From: Haliotis rufescens
Taxonomy: Eukaryota
Direction: 5' to 3'
DNA length: 64,000 bases
NCBI RefSeq assembly: GCF_023055435.1
Contig: NW_025963990.1
Coordinates: 1,364,001-1,428,000 of the forward strand
Positions 26,001 through 41,000 of the stretch are shown one piece after another. Both the position numbers and the translations under genes were made by a program. The notes under the pieces are model-generated. The model did no database searches and was not told the DNA's origin. It saw only the letters and a program-made list of their open reading frames with translations. Within the stretch, counting starts at the first letter, position 1; each line of letters begins with the position of its first letter.

Positions 26001-29000
26001 GATCCCATAACTTCATTTCCAAGAAACACTTCAAACGAAATGATTTAGTTTGTGTTCAGATTGATTTGGATTGCATTAACACTAATTCCATGTTTGGTTA
26101 TTCGGCCAACGTTTTCAAATGTCAACCTAACATTACAATTAATGATGTCTAATAATCTGCAATGTAGTCTGAATCACGTAAACAATAATAAATACTTATT
26201 AGCGATTTTATTTTAAACAATGTTGACACAAAATAACGGTGAAAACATGAATGTCATTGACACGAGCATACCTATTTTGAAGTCTAAAGCATTGTTCATG
26301 GTCAGTCCAAAGGACACTCCAATGGTTGTTGACCCAAGCATCTTCTTCCAGTCTACGCTGGGTGATGGCAGTTTGAACTCGATCTTCTCATCAAAGAATC
26401 CCCTTTTGTGTCGGTCGTGTACGTCAATGTCCCGCCGGCCAACATAGCGAGGGTCCACGTGAAAGAAAGATCCATTTATGGCTCTGAAATGTATGTATAC
26501 ACATGCTCAAAAGTTAAGCGCGACCATATTCATAGTCTCTTTATTTCACGTGTGGGAATCAGAAATACGAAATATGATGATGTATGACTGAATGAGGCTT
26601 CCATAGTTTCTTGAACCCAAATTTGTCCAGATACCACAAGGAAAGCATGCTTTACGTGTTGCTGCAGTTCCCCTACCCTATAGCGAAATTCAAGTTTCAG
26701 ACACGTGGTTGCATTTTGCTCCTGTGTGAGATTCCCCTTCCAATAGAGGTTGAAAATCAGCCATGGTGAGGAGAAAGTTAACGAACGCTGAAAGATGGCA
26801 AGTGATAGGCATGAAAAATGCTGGCATGTCATGCAGGGCTATTGCAAGACAAATGGGTCGTCATCACAGTGTTATCACTCGTTTGATTGTCAAACATGGT
26901 CAAACCAATGATGTCAATGACAGGCATAGGTCTGGTAGGCCAAGAAAGACCTCTAACAGAGAGGATAGATGTCTTTTCAGGATAGTCAGACGGAATCGTC
27001 TGATATGGTGTCGTGCCCGTAGTCGATGGAACTTGGCGAACTGGAGAAGGATCCATTGCTCTGACGAGTGTCGAATGCTGCTACGAACTGTTGATGGTCG
27101 AATACGTGTTTGGAGGCAATGTTACACTCGTTTTGCACCAAGAAACATCAAGAAGACCTTAGCATGTGGCGGGGGGTCTGTCATGATATGGGGTTGTGTT
27201 TCCTTCGGCTGCAAAATTCCGCTGGTGACAATTCGTGGAAACGTGAATGGCCAACAATACCACGATGCCGTTCTTCGTCCAGTGGTAGTCCCTCATTTTG
27301 ACAACCATCCTCTTTAGACAAGACCTGTTTATATGGACGACAATGCTAGACCACACAGATCTCGGGGAGTTTTCGCTTATTTGCGTCAAGAAGCTATTGC
27401 CACTCTTTCTTGGCCGGCCTGTAGTCCGGATCTTTATCTGATTGAGCATCTCTGGGACATTCTTGGCCGGAAAATCAGACATCGTGATCCCCCAGTTCAA
27501 AATCTCGCTGGACTTGAAGCCGCACTTCATGGAGAATGGATCCGTTTGCCTCAGAGAAGCATTCAACGACTTGTAATGAGTATGAGGCGTAGGCCTGAGG
27601 CTGTGGTCAATGTCCGTGGATCATACACACGTTACTGACGTTTCTGTCTTGCAATAGACTCTGCACTCCTCAGGGTGTCTATGTGACACCCGATATGGTC
27701 TGCTGATATCATTCAATGTTTTCTAATCCTTCAATTTCTGGTCTTCGGTAAAATTCCTTTTTGCTCATATTCTTTTGGAACACAAGATAAACTTGCTTTG
27801 GGACAACTTTTGCATCACATGAGGTTTACATATACGGCTTGTAACAATCGTACATCTCGTTATAATAGTCATCATTAAGTGCCAAAAGTAACAGCTCACA
27901 AATATGGTGGGTGGCGCTAAACTTTTGTGCATGTGTATATATGTCAGGTTTAACATCGTGTTGAACAATTTTTCAGGTGCGTATAATCACATCGTTACAA
28001 ACTACATCATCGCCCCACTGAAGTACTGGTCAACGTGCAATCCATATATGCTGGTACAAGAGGTCAACGGGAATGAGTTGTTTAACACATAAATGTTTTC
28101 AACATGTACCCTTCTTTTCTGTACATGGGAGCGATTATTGCGGCCTTTGGGTGGGCCTGGTATTGTAGCAGAGCTTCATATCGGACCTCCTCGTCGTCAT
28201 CGTACAGGGCTGTCTTCAACATCAGATGTGCTGCCTGCAACAGGGGATATATCAACCATACATACATGCTGTCTTCAACATCAGATGTGCTGCCTGCAAA
28301 AGGTGATATATCATTCATACATGCATAACTGCCTTCAACATCAGACGTGCTACCTACAACAGGGAATACAGCATGCAGACATACAGGCTGTCTCTAACAT
28401 TACATGTGCTGCCTGCAACAGGGAATATATCATGCATACATAGAGGCTGTCTTCAACATCAGATGTGCTGCCTACAACAGGGAATATATCATGCATACAT
28501 ACAGGCTGTCTTCAACATCAGATGGGCTGCCTGCAAAAGGTGATATATCATTCATACATGCATAACTGCCTTCAACATCAGACGTGCTACCTACAACAGG
28601 GAATACAGCATGCAGACATACAGACCGTCTTCAACATTAGCTGTGCTGACTGCAACAGGGGATATATCATTAATACATGCATTACTGTCTTCAACATCAG
28701 CTGTGCTGCCTGCAACATGTGATTTATCATTAAGACATGCATAACTGTCTTCAACATCAGATGTGCTGCCTCAACAGGGGATATATCATTAATACATGCA
28801 TTACTGTCTTCAACATCAGATGTGCTGCCTGCAACAGGGAATACAGCATGCAGACATACAGGCTGTCTCTAACATTACATGTGCTGCCTGCAACAGGGAA
28901 TATATCATGCATACATAGAGGCTGTCTTCAACATCAGATGTGCTGCCTACAACAGGGAGTATATCATGCATACATACAGGCTGTCTTCAACATCAGATGT

Positions 29001-32000
29001 GCTGCCTGCAAAAGGTGATATATCATTCATACATGCATAACTGCCTTCAACATCAGACGTGCTACCTACAACAGGGAATACAGCATGCAGACATACAGAC
29101 CGTCTTCAACATCAGCTGTGCTGACTGCAACAGGGGATATATCATTAATACATGCATTACTGTCTTCAACATCAGCTGTGCTGCCTGCAACATGTGATTT
29201 ATCATTGAGACATGCATAACTGTCTTCAACATCAGATGTGCTGCCTCAACAGGGGATATATCATTAATACATGCATGACGGTCTTCAACATCAGATGTGC
29301 TGCCTGCAACAGGGGGTATATCATTAATACATGCATAACTGTCTTCAAAATCAGATGTGCTGCCTGCAACAGGGGACATATCATTCATACATACATAATC
29401 GTCTTCAGCATCAGATGTGCTGCCTGCAACAGGGGATATATCATTCATACATACAGGCTGTCTTCAACATCAGATGTGCTGCCTGCAACAGGGGATATAT
29501 CATTAATACATGCATAACTGTCTTCAACATCAGATGTGCTGCCTGCAACAGGGGATATATCGTTAATACATGCATAACTGTCTTCAACATCAGCTGTGCT
29601 GCCTGCAACATGTGATTTATCATTCAGACATGCAGACTGTCTTCAACATTAGCTGTACTGCCTGCAACAGGGTATATGTCATTCATACATAGAGGCTGTC
29701 TTCGACGTCAGATGTGCTGCCTCAACAGGGGATATATCATTAATACATGCATAACTGTCTTCAACATCAGCTGTACTGCCTGCAACAGGGGATATATCAT
29801 TCATACATAGAGGCTGTCTTCAACGTCAGATGTGCTGCCTGCAACAGGGGATATATTGTTAATACATGCATAACTGTCTTGAACGTCAGATATGCTGCCT
29901 GCAACAGGGGGTATATCGTTAATACATGCATAACTGTCTTCAACATCAGCTGTGCTGCCTGCAACATGTGATTTATCATTCAGACATGCAGACTGTCTTC
30001 AGCATTAGCTGTACTGCCTGCAACAGGGGATATATCATTCATACATACAGGCTGTCTTCAACATCAGATATGCTGTCTGCAACAGGTGATATATCATTCA
30101 TACACGCATAACCGTCTTTATCATCAGATATGCTGCCTGCTATATCATTAATACATGCACAACTGTCTTCAACATCAGTTGTGCTACCTGCAACAGAGGG
30201 TATATCATTAATATATCTATGTCTTTTACATCTTTAACATCAATGTACTATCAACACCACGAAACATATAATTCATACAAACATGACTGTCCTCAACATC
30301 AAATTTGATAAATACAACAGGGGATATATTCTTTGCATTTATTATGCCTCAATGTGAGATTGACCAATCAGGGAGAAGCACTACAAACCCCATTTGAGCC
30401 CGTATACCGTCAGTAAAAATCCAAGATGGTTGTTATTGACCTAATATGAGACCGTATACCGTCAGAAACAGCCTGTTTGAATTTTCCAACACCAACCTCA
30501 CATATTTCACATATTTCATTTATTCTGGCACGGAAATTCGTTATTTGACACTATTTTGTGTTTTAATATCATTAATTGTGATGTGCAGTAACGTTATTAT
30601 TAAAAAATATAGAGAAAAAAACTTACAATGGAGATCACTGAGTTACAAATAGCAACGTCATAGAACTTATTATACGATGACGTCACAAACAAGAAACGTG
30701 ACGCAAGTTACGTCACATAGAAATAGAATATAGACAGCAGCCGGTCGTTAGGGAAAAGCGGACTGCTATCAAGTTACAATGGCCCGCAGATTTCTGATAA
30801 CATTCGGGCAATGTTTTGAATTCTATCCACTTTAGCTATTATTCTTGTTTGAACGTTCAGATTCAGTGCATTATATATTCCATTGATAACGTTTGTGATT
30901 ACATTAAAACATTAAATCGGAAACATATGTATTGGTCCTGTCGTTTATACCGGATGTCCCTGTCAAGTTTTCAGTTTGACATGACTATTGAGATACCAAA
31001 TAGTGTAAACCTTTCGGCATCATAAATTCGTTATGGTGTCTTTAGTTGCCGTAAACGGTGTCAAATTAGGTTAGCAGAAATATATTGGGCGAGGTCGTCC
31101 TTTACATTGCTGAGACACTTCACATCCTCGTCTTGATTCCACCAGTTTGTTTTCATAATACTTCATGCATTAAAATATTCGCGTCTGTTATTATTGTCTT
31201 ATACAATATTGTGATACACCGAATCCTAAGATCCATCATCAATCAGATTTTAAATGTTGAAGGAGTACAACTGGGAATTGTCATTGTCAAAAAATATGTT
31301 CAAATTTTCCTATTTGAGCTGCTTCTATATGACCACGGAACTTTCTTATCGCCTTGTAGTACGCAAGATACTTACATGTTTAGTTTAAGTAAAAAAGATA
31401 CTCAACATTCTGTAGTAAACAGAACCAAATGTATAAAACATTTAAATCATTTATTGAAATACCCAATCTTTAAAAATTAAAAGTTGTTGACAAATCGTTT
31501 TCAATACCCCTTCGTGTCGGTACTTCCTCATGGCGTGAATCCCCGCTCGCTTCACCCACTGAGAGTTGGTGGTGTTGACATGTGACACAATCATCTCAAA
31601 TGATTGGTCGAGACCGGCATTACCCAGAGATCCAAGCAAGATAACTCTCCAGCGGTCGTCATCAAGGACTTCACGCTCTGTCATGGTTGACCGTTTCTGA
31701 CGGAACAGCCAGGGATCTGGAACAAGTAATTCTCACCTGGATCATGAACATGAACTCTGTGAGTTAGTGATTGTGGTCAGCAAGCGGCAGAAATACTCAA
31801 GCTATGCCACAGTCTACAAAGAATCGAGTTACTCACAGGCAAACCAATGACTAAGATAAACAACGGCCCCCAGCATAGGGAACAATGTACGAACAATCGT
31901 GCGTGACCACTGAATTCTCTCGACATTCAGGTGGTACTGGATACCTATGTTTACCCGGAAACCCTTTGGTGTGCACATTGGGAAGTTCTTTGTCTGCACT

Positions 32001-35000
32001 CCAGCACCCTGCAGTCGACCAGCCTTTTCATATGAAAACAGCTCATCTAAATTCTTAATTTTACTTGTCTGCTGACTCGATATTATCGTGCTGAACAACT
32101 TGCTAATGACTCAGTAAGAGTGGTCCTATTGTGTTATCTATCAGAACATGTCGTGCAGAATTGTACAGTTTTTGACTAGCTGTAGATTCGAATCCAGGAT
32201 TTGATGTGTTATGAACACTGTGTTCACGGGTACCAACATGGTAACTATATATGGTTAACCACACTTTAAGAAACCGCAGATTTGTGAATTCCTCCTTGAA
32301 ATTTCACCGATCAAACCAAGTTAGGTTCCATATCTTCTGGTCAAACTGAGCATTCACGTTAGTTTCTGCACGCACGCACGGACGCACCTACGAACTAGTA
32401 TCAGTGGATGTGCTCTAAATCAAACCGTTATACTCACCGTGCAATCCGAGCCAACCCTCCAGCTTCAGGACAATATCAACCGCTTCTTCTTTCCTCCCAG
32501 CGTCAAATAGTTGCCTAGCAACCACCCCGAGCGCCAGCACCATCCTGTGATATGTTTCATGTTCCTGTAAAGCCACGGGGGCCTTCTCGCGCTCAAAACA
32601 CAGGCTCTTCAGTTTCGTGATGATATTCTGCCGAAAGGATAAAACAGCAAAAATCTAAGATACGTTTTTATTCCTCATCTGTTTGGGCTTCCTCTTTCAT
32701 TATCCCTGTGGATGTTGATTTACTTTTATGAGGCACATTGATATGAATCTGCGTTGTGCGAGTAATGCAGTTACGCAGCACTGGGTCTAACTTGGTCAGC
32801 GCATTGTTGTGCAAACATAAGGTTATCAAAAGTTTATCAACAGTAATAAATATCCATGGTGTGATTTATTGTATTAACATATATATCAAAAGTGTAAATT
32901 CTACAGCATGAGTGAAACTGCCAACTTTGTACCTGATTCATTCACAATTTGTAACACGAGCCTGTAAATGTTATACCACACACAGGGCCTGTTATACAAT
33001 GTACGAAACACATCTCCACTTACGTCTATCGGTGGTCCATTAATCGAGATGATGTGGAACACGAGCTTGTATTTGTTATATCACACATATTTACCATTAC
33101 GTATATCGGTGGTCCATCAAGTGAGATGATATGGAACATCAGCTTGTAACTGTTATATCACACATATTTTCACTTACGTCTATAGTTGGTCCATCAAGTT
33201 AAATGATTTTGAATATGAGCGTGTAACTGTTATACCACACACATGTACACTTACGTCTATTGGTGGTTCAAGACAGTGGTTCAAGTGAGATTATGTACAA
33301 CATGAGCTTGTAACTGATATTACACACATATTTACACTTACTGTCTATCGGTGGTCCATCAAGTGATATTATGTACAACACGAGCGTGTAACTGGTATAT
33401 CACACATATTTACACTTACTGTCTATCGATGGGCCATCCAATGAGATTATGTGGAACATGAGCGTGTAACTGTTATATCACACATAGTTACACTTACGTC
33501 TATCGGTGGTCCATCAAGTGAGATGATGTGGAACATGAGTCTCTTCACAAGGGAGGAGTCGGGTCTGGATCTGTTGAGCACAAGGTCCAGCAGGAGCTGC
33601 TGAGACAGGTCTATGGTCAGACTGGCGATAGCATCTAACATATGGTTCTGGTCCTTGAAGGTCTTGGTCAGTCTGAAAGAGATGGAGGGAGGGATTGAAA
33701 AAGCGTCTCATCACTGTTGTTGTGAATCATAATTTTAAAAAAGGCTTTCTGACAGTCGTTACTTAAAACATGGAGGTTTACGAAATACGCACAAATGTCT
33801 GACATGACGATACAGGGAGCATTTGATAACATTTTGGCGGGGATTTCTAATGAGAAAGGAATTGCTTTTGTTGCTGTTATCTACAATAGTTGATAGGCAT
33901 GCAATCCATTCTGTAAGTTGTGCCTGTTATACGAATTGATACGATTCACAATAATCGTTATGAAAGACCCACGAAACCTGTCTTTCTGGGCTTTCGGCCA
34001 AAGTCCGAAGTCCTGTAGGTAAGAATGTATATTTAGATATCGAAGGTCGCTGTGAAGTTAATTTTGATACTTTGTCACCATAGTGACTTGTCATTCCATA
34101 TAGAACTCGCATCTTAATTGGGATCTTTGTATACCTTAAATGTGAGAGTTTTATTAAGAGGAGAATAAATGTATTTTACGATGATAAATTATAAACTTGA
34201 CTTTCTGCATAATGTACATTACGAATGTTTTTATGCATATGCAGAAAATTGATGTTACCTCTGCTTTCGTAACTGATGCCACATACAATATTGATTTATA
34301 TAATATAATTTAGATTAAACTGTTTTAATCATTGCTAATCAAGTACTTTTAAAGGGGTCTATTCACCTCGGCCTGTCTGTCAGGTACTTTTCAGCAAGGA
34401 GAACCAACGTCTGGTCAGGTAAGTCGCGGAGAACAGATAAAAGTTGCGTGAAACATCTGTCCAACTTCCTGGATCCTGAAAATAGACCACAGACCTTTTA
34501 AATAATCCATATTCTTCCCTATCACAGAACACTTCTGAAAAATAACAGTCGTGGTCACGTAGTTAAGCTTGTATTAACATGTACATGTGCGTATAGCCTT
34601 GAATGCTACAAGGCAGTATTTGGATGGATTTGCACATTGTGAAGACCCCTAGACATATATACACGTAACTGTACCTTTTTCCGGCTCGTTTCGCATGCAC
34701 GTGAGGTTCCCCTTCACATATTGCAGGTGTTCCTCCACATCGATTGCTGGCTTCTTGCGCTTCACCTGGAATACCAACGTACAAACGTTCAGGATGCTGC
34801 GTTCCAGTACGTGCGTTCATTGTTCAATACGTTTTTCTATAAAATATACACAATTCAATATACAATATTTATTGTTTTCTAATTTTTATTGGTTCCTTTG
34901 TCTATCACCATTCTTTTGATTGACATAAGATATTAGCATGAGATATATTATAACCCTTGGTGACCAATTGTCTTAAACATCTGCACATAATGCATTAAGA

Positions 35001-38000
35001 GGATCACGATCTTCTTTTGATATGCTCATTCCTTTAGAATCAAGATAACAAGATCACATAATGAAGCAAATGGGTCAGTCATCTAACTTGAGGGCTTTTG
35101 ATTCAATCAAACGTTTTTATTTAGATGGACGTAAATATGTGCTGTGTGCAAATGGCTTCCTAACATTTTAACACCTTACAAAAATGTTTGTTGTTTTAGA
35201 TTGACGACAAATTGAGATTCAAATATGGCGCAAGTTGCAGATGATACAGATCCCCTTTTTTTCCTATACAGTTGATCAGAATTATAGACCCATTGTTTAC
35301 TTGCATCTGTAAATTGTATTACCAGTAGTTGAGATATCATGACTAAAGGGGTTTCACTGTATATTTAAAATTAAAAAAATATATAAATAACATTTTGTTA
35401 ATGTTAAACCGGTAACCTCTTTGATATGAATGGACGCCCTGGTGATGTCTGTCTTTGGTCTGCTGGGAATACTGACAACCTTGTGTTTGCTGAGGAATAC
35501 CAGCTTTCCTGAGCCCTGTGCTGACATCTCGGGGTATTCTGGAGACAGTAATCAGTTAGATTTTCATATGTTACGGTTTCAATACACCCTTGTTCACAGC
35601 ATGAAAATATGTTTCTTCTCAGATTATGATTAAACAGTTCCAAATGAGTTCCAAATGAAGATTCAACGTTTTAGAAAAGGGGGGTGCACAGCATTTTGAA
35701 AACGAGGCGCTCTGTAAAAGAATAAAATGGAAAATAATTCGTGAAACAATTTGCCACCAATTTATCAAACAATTGTTACATTGGCTTAAATCATGTCCCC
35801 AGGAACTTCAGTTTTATAGTTTTTATTCCTCGGCATTCATGCCTGGATCCAGACATAAATTAATTGAATATGTTGTTTTAATGATGTAGTAACTTCTAGT
35901 TTATTGAATTTAGTCTTAGTTGGGGACTATGTAAGTAACTGTGGTAAAAATGTACTTTTGTATCAAACTAAAACTAAAAAACACAGTTGAAGTTATTGAG
36001 TTGAGTATACAATATCATACAAGTATTCAAATTCGCAGAAGCGTCTAAAAGATGTATACTGCCGTTGATTAATCGTGAGGGTATTTCGTTAGTACATAAT
36101 GCTTACTCATTTCTGTGAAGTTGTTGACCGCCTTTACGGGACGACTGTTTTCAAACGGGTTGTATCTGATGGATGATGAGAAATATTATTTAGAGATTAT
36201 TATGAGCCCGGAGCCGAAGTGCAGGTGGTCAAGAGTTGATATGGGGTACGATATGAAACTGCCATATAATAACCTCTTTGTCATAAACCATAATATCAAA
36301 TTGTAAAATGTATTTATTTGCAAGTGAATGCAATACATTTTCACCTTGTTTGGAAGACAGTGCTACGGGTAAGCGAGCCGAGCCGACGAGCAGACGACAG
36401 GCTAAGGGACGTAACTCGATACCGGACTGATATCGATCGCCCTTTCAAAATGCATTGACAAGTCACACCAGCCATGCAGGGAATGTAATACGGGTCTGGT
36501 AATTACACCCCTGTGATATGACGATCTCTGCGTTGGCTCTATCACCTTCTCCAGTCTATGTTACCACCTTCAGTGTTCTCAGCCCGTATAACATACATGT
36601 ACGTTGTGAGCAGTAGTTCAGTTATAGTGAGTGAGTGAGTATGGTTTTACGCCGCTTTTAGCAATATTCCAGCAATATCACGGCGGGGGACACCAGAAAT
36701 GGGCTTCACACGTTGTACCCATGTCACACGTTACATACATGCATGTATGAGACGTTTACCACTTTAGTAAAACACATGGTCATCTACATGGTGCTGTCAA
36801 ACCAAAAAAACATCATCAGGGCGAACCGAGATTCGAACCCATGATAACTTGGCACAACTTAAGGATGTGATAATATCACCATCAAGGGAAATATTTAACA
36901 TTCTCACCCTTCTGCAGTCTTATGCATGACCTGTAACTTTTCCTCCACTTGAATGGTGTGCATAGTCCCAAGGGCAGAGTCGTAATACAAGGTCTGAAAA
37001 CATGTTATCGATATACAGTCAATGACAACAAAGAGGGTTAAAGTTATTGTATGTTCGCGCTGTGCCGCATCAAGGCTCAAGTCTGTTAAGAAACGTAGGA
37101 TGATAAAGAGACTGATGAGGCGTTGAGTCTTAGTCTGATTCTGTGTGCATATCTGAATATGAATGTGAGCCTTATTCGGACTCTGAGGCTGAGTCTCAAT
37201 GATTCATCCTTGTTATACATGTTACATTATGTATATATCATCATTGTCCATTAGGGGTCACGGGTGGCCTAGTTGTCTTCGTCGCCGCGATTCGCTGTGC
37301 AGAGTTGTGCCCCTTGGACATGCCAGAAACCTATGATTGTGGGTTCGAATCCCGGTTCGCCCTGATTATGTTTCAAGGTTTGTCAGCACAATACCCGTGC
37401 TCGTGGGTTTCACCGAAGTGGTAGACCTGCATCACTTCGGGCTTTCCTACCAGATTAAGCTGACACGCCGTGATATAACTAGAATACTGTTAAAAACGGC
37501 GCTAAACCCAACTCACTTACTCATTGTCCATTATGAAATTTCGTTTATATTTATTATCGAATTACAGTAGATGTTTAGAATATTTGTCACTTTCAAACCA
37601 TCATTCGGCAGCGGCAGAAAATATGTCCTCTACCTTTGTATAATCTGACGTCGCATGCTTGACGGGGTGGTGTCCCGGGTGTCTTGTCTTGGTGAACACG
37701 TGACCTGTGAGAGTCGGCCGCACAGTGTAGGTGGCGTTGTGGGGACCTGGAGCAGGAGTGTTTTTAGATACTTGTAAGGAGCCTCTATGATTTAAAAAAT
37801 ATGATGAAACTGTCAATTATTAACAGAAAGGACAAGTATCAGTCAAAGACCCATACAATATCTCGGTATATGGCACGGTATCACTGTCCAACCTCGTGTG
37901 CATGCCTTTCAATAAAACATATAACCGCCATCAAGATTTTGTTTTAAGCACTTCTCTCATTTTGTTATATGGAATTATGTACATGTCTCCCTATCAGTAT

Positions 38001-41000
38001 GTCATGTACTGATACTAACTTTATTTAAATTCGACTTCTTATCGTGACTTTGACAACGGTTCCACAACCCCTTGGCCTCCAACCTGCACGACTAACGACC
38101 CATCCCAGACAGCCAACCCACCAACGACAAAAACCCATCCACGGCATCCGGTCTCCATCCACAGCCTCCAACTCATCCACAAGCAACGACCCATGCCAGA
38201 TACCCAACCCATCTTTTACCATTTGGCGTCCACGATCACCAACCCATCCACGGCATCCAGTCTCCATCCACGGCCTCCAACTCATCCACAAGCACTACCA
38301 ATGCCAGATACCCAACCCATCCTCTACAATTAACCCGTCCACGATCACCAACACATCCACGGCAACCTACACCAGCCTCCACTCCCACCCAATCCCATCC
38401 CTGATAACCAAACCCTTCTCCCGCCTACGGCCCATCAGCCAAAGTCTGCCCCAGTAACCCATCCATGGTCACCAACTCATCCAGAACCAACAACTCACCT
38501 CCGACACCCAACACATCCCCAACCCCTAACCTTCCCCCGATCCTTACCCTCACTTCCAGTCTCTCTCACGTGATAGCCCCAGCCGTCGTCAGTTGCATGG
38601 ACATGGTTCTGAAAAGACAACCAAGAAACTTAATGTTCGTGTGATTAATACATTGTACCCAGAATATATGGCGTGAGAGAGTGAACGTTGTTTTGCATCA
38701 TGATCAGTTATATATTTAGTACAATCAGTATTGCCTGTAAATAATCGAGTCTGTAGTCACTCTGAAAACCGGTGGATGATATAATAAGCAACCAACGATG
38801 CCGAGGTTTGGTGACACATTATCAGCCATGCCATGCATTACAGCCACCCCAGTTCCTTTTCAGTCGACTCATTCAACAAACAGGGACCTGTGGGGAAAAT
38901 ATATTTCCTGAAACGCAGAGGTTGTTAGGTTAGATGCATGTGATTGGATCCGGAGAAGTGGAAGTTACACACAATTATCTCTCAATATTGGACGTACATT
39001 GACTAGCATGCACTGATAACCACATCCTCGAACTTTATATAACTGAGTGAAAAGTTTTGTTTTAACGCCAATTTGAAGAGCCTTATTGTCATTTCAATAT
39101 GGAAGACAGGTGACGAAGGTTGTAGACGAGTAACGATCAAGGTTTGTCATCGGGGTGAATCTGGGGTTCAAACACATACATTGTATTCAGCAGATCCTGG
39201 AACGGCTTAGGGACGCAACTCTTCAGCTTAGATCACTTTGGTCCCCAAAATATATGTAGGCTTATTTTTTGTCATATCTTACTGACCTTTCTGTTCTCTA
39301 GTATCACTAAAATGTATTGACGTTTTGTAGGTAATATTGCGTCGGGGTTGTTAATATTCTTAATAAAAGGAGGGGGTGCTCGGAAATAACTTAAAATTTC
39401 CATAATTGTAGAGAGTTTCTGGTACTAGTTGTATGAGAATAATGAACGAAGTGGGAACACATAACAACCGGCACGTAGTGAAGAATGACAGTAGATGTTA
39501 TGACCGCCAACAATCGTGATTAGGCATACAGTGTACACGCTTCATGAGCAGAAGTAGAACGCAGGAGGCAATAAAAGACACAATTAAAGTTTCCCGGACA
39601 ACATTAATTATTGCTCTCCACGCGATGGGATTTGGATACACTGCACATGGCGATGACCGACCCGTTTTCAAAGCTCTTATCTATTCCATCATTTTCCAAG
39701 CAAACATAAAGCAGTGCATATCTTAAATTGCTACCCTGTCAACGCATATCTAAAAAAAGTACAATAGCAGCAATATTTTGAGACCACCCCAGCTCAGATG
39801 ACGTTTGCACCTGTAAGAATGCACAGTCATCACCTTGGGATAGGTGTTAGGTAATTACCTCAGGCTAATAACAGTGCCAGTTAGGACAGGCTAGATCGGG
39901 TAGATTCGCGATGTTTTGATATATGCAATCATCATAGCCTAATGACTCTTTTTATTAGATGAATCCCGAAAAGCACATATCTAGCATTTCCGACTGTAAT
40001 TTAACATTTATAGTTCATAATTCCCTACTTTAAAAAAAATGTATATTAGGTATACGATGTTTGCTGATTCAGTTAAAATTCTTCATGTATGAAGAAATAC
40101 ATCTTGCTGCTATTTCCCTGTCCTCTTACGACGATGTATATATTTCGGAAAGAATAATGCCTGTATTGACAAATGTGAGGATTCCTGGTTAGAATAGGTC
40201 TATGCTGATCGTAAGTGGTCAAGGTCGCTGACTGTGTGGTATCGTCCCCGACGCCAGGTATCTTTACACATAATATCAATTGCTAGTTGTGCCTTGTTGG
40301 TAATATTTACAGACCGCCGTCATACAGTTTAACAGGTGCGTCGTTACAGCACGACGTTAACGAAACATAAACAAACAAACATGTAATACTGTATCGTCGA
40401 GCAGCGGAACAGATATAAACATCTAAACTTCATGCTCCCACAGTGTAGTGTGACACAGTTATTTACACAGGTTATATACATACGAGGCCTAAACCGACCG
40501 CAGTGGGAGGTGCTGTTTCCTGGACACTCAACGCCCAAATCTTATACTTACGTAGTTGGATCAAAGGCTTCAACTGTTCATTTTTTTTGGAATAGACCCC
40601 ACGCTGCCACAGTTTGCCTTTGCTAGCTGTATACGAATGGTGGCGGTGTCTAACGGAATCGGATGGTCAGGCCTGCTGACTTGGTTGTTGCATGTCATTG
40701 TATCTGATCCCGATTGTGGATTGATGCTCATGATCTCAATCTCTGGATAGTCTGGAACAGATTCGATTATTTCCACGTGGTCTGTGAATAATCGAGACTG
40801 GAACAGATAAACCAGTGGTTGGCAGCATGGAGAACGTGTGGCACAGTGCTACACATTCAGTCCTGCTACATGTCACCACTGGCTCCTCGTTAGTCCCCTC
40901 CTCTAACACTGGGAGACTGAGAGATGCCTGATTTGAACTTTAGGAGGCAATATGTGGGCGAGTCATTACCTCAGTGGCCTGGTGTAGACGAGACGCGAAC

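Noticed and set aside
28093-30111. Many Cys/His/Gln-rich ORFs
   Set aside because: They are translations of the 60-bp minisatellite; the only real coding part is exon 15 on the minus strand.
28207-30330. CRISPR-like look of regular repeats (also 41728-42920)
   Set aside because: Eukaryotic context, the 'spacers' are homologous to each other, and there are no cas genes; these are minisatellites.
38044-38457. 137-aa Pro/Thr/Ser-rich ORF
   Set aside because: Arises from a degenerate C-rich repeat antisense within an intron; no splice or homology support.
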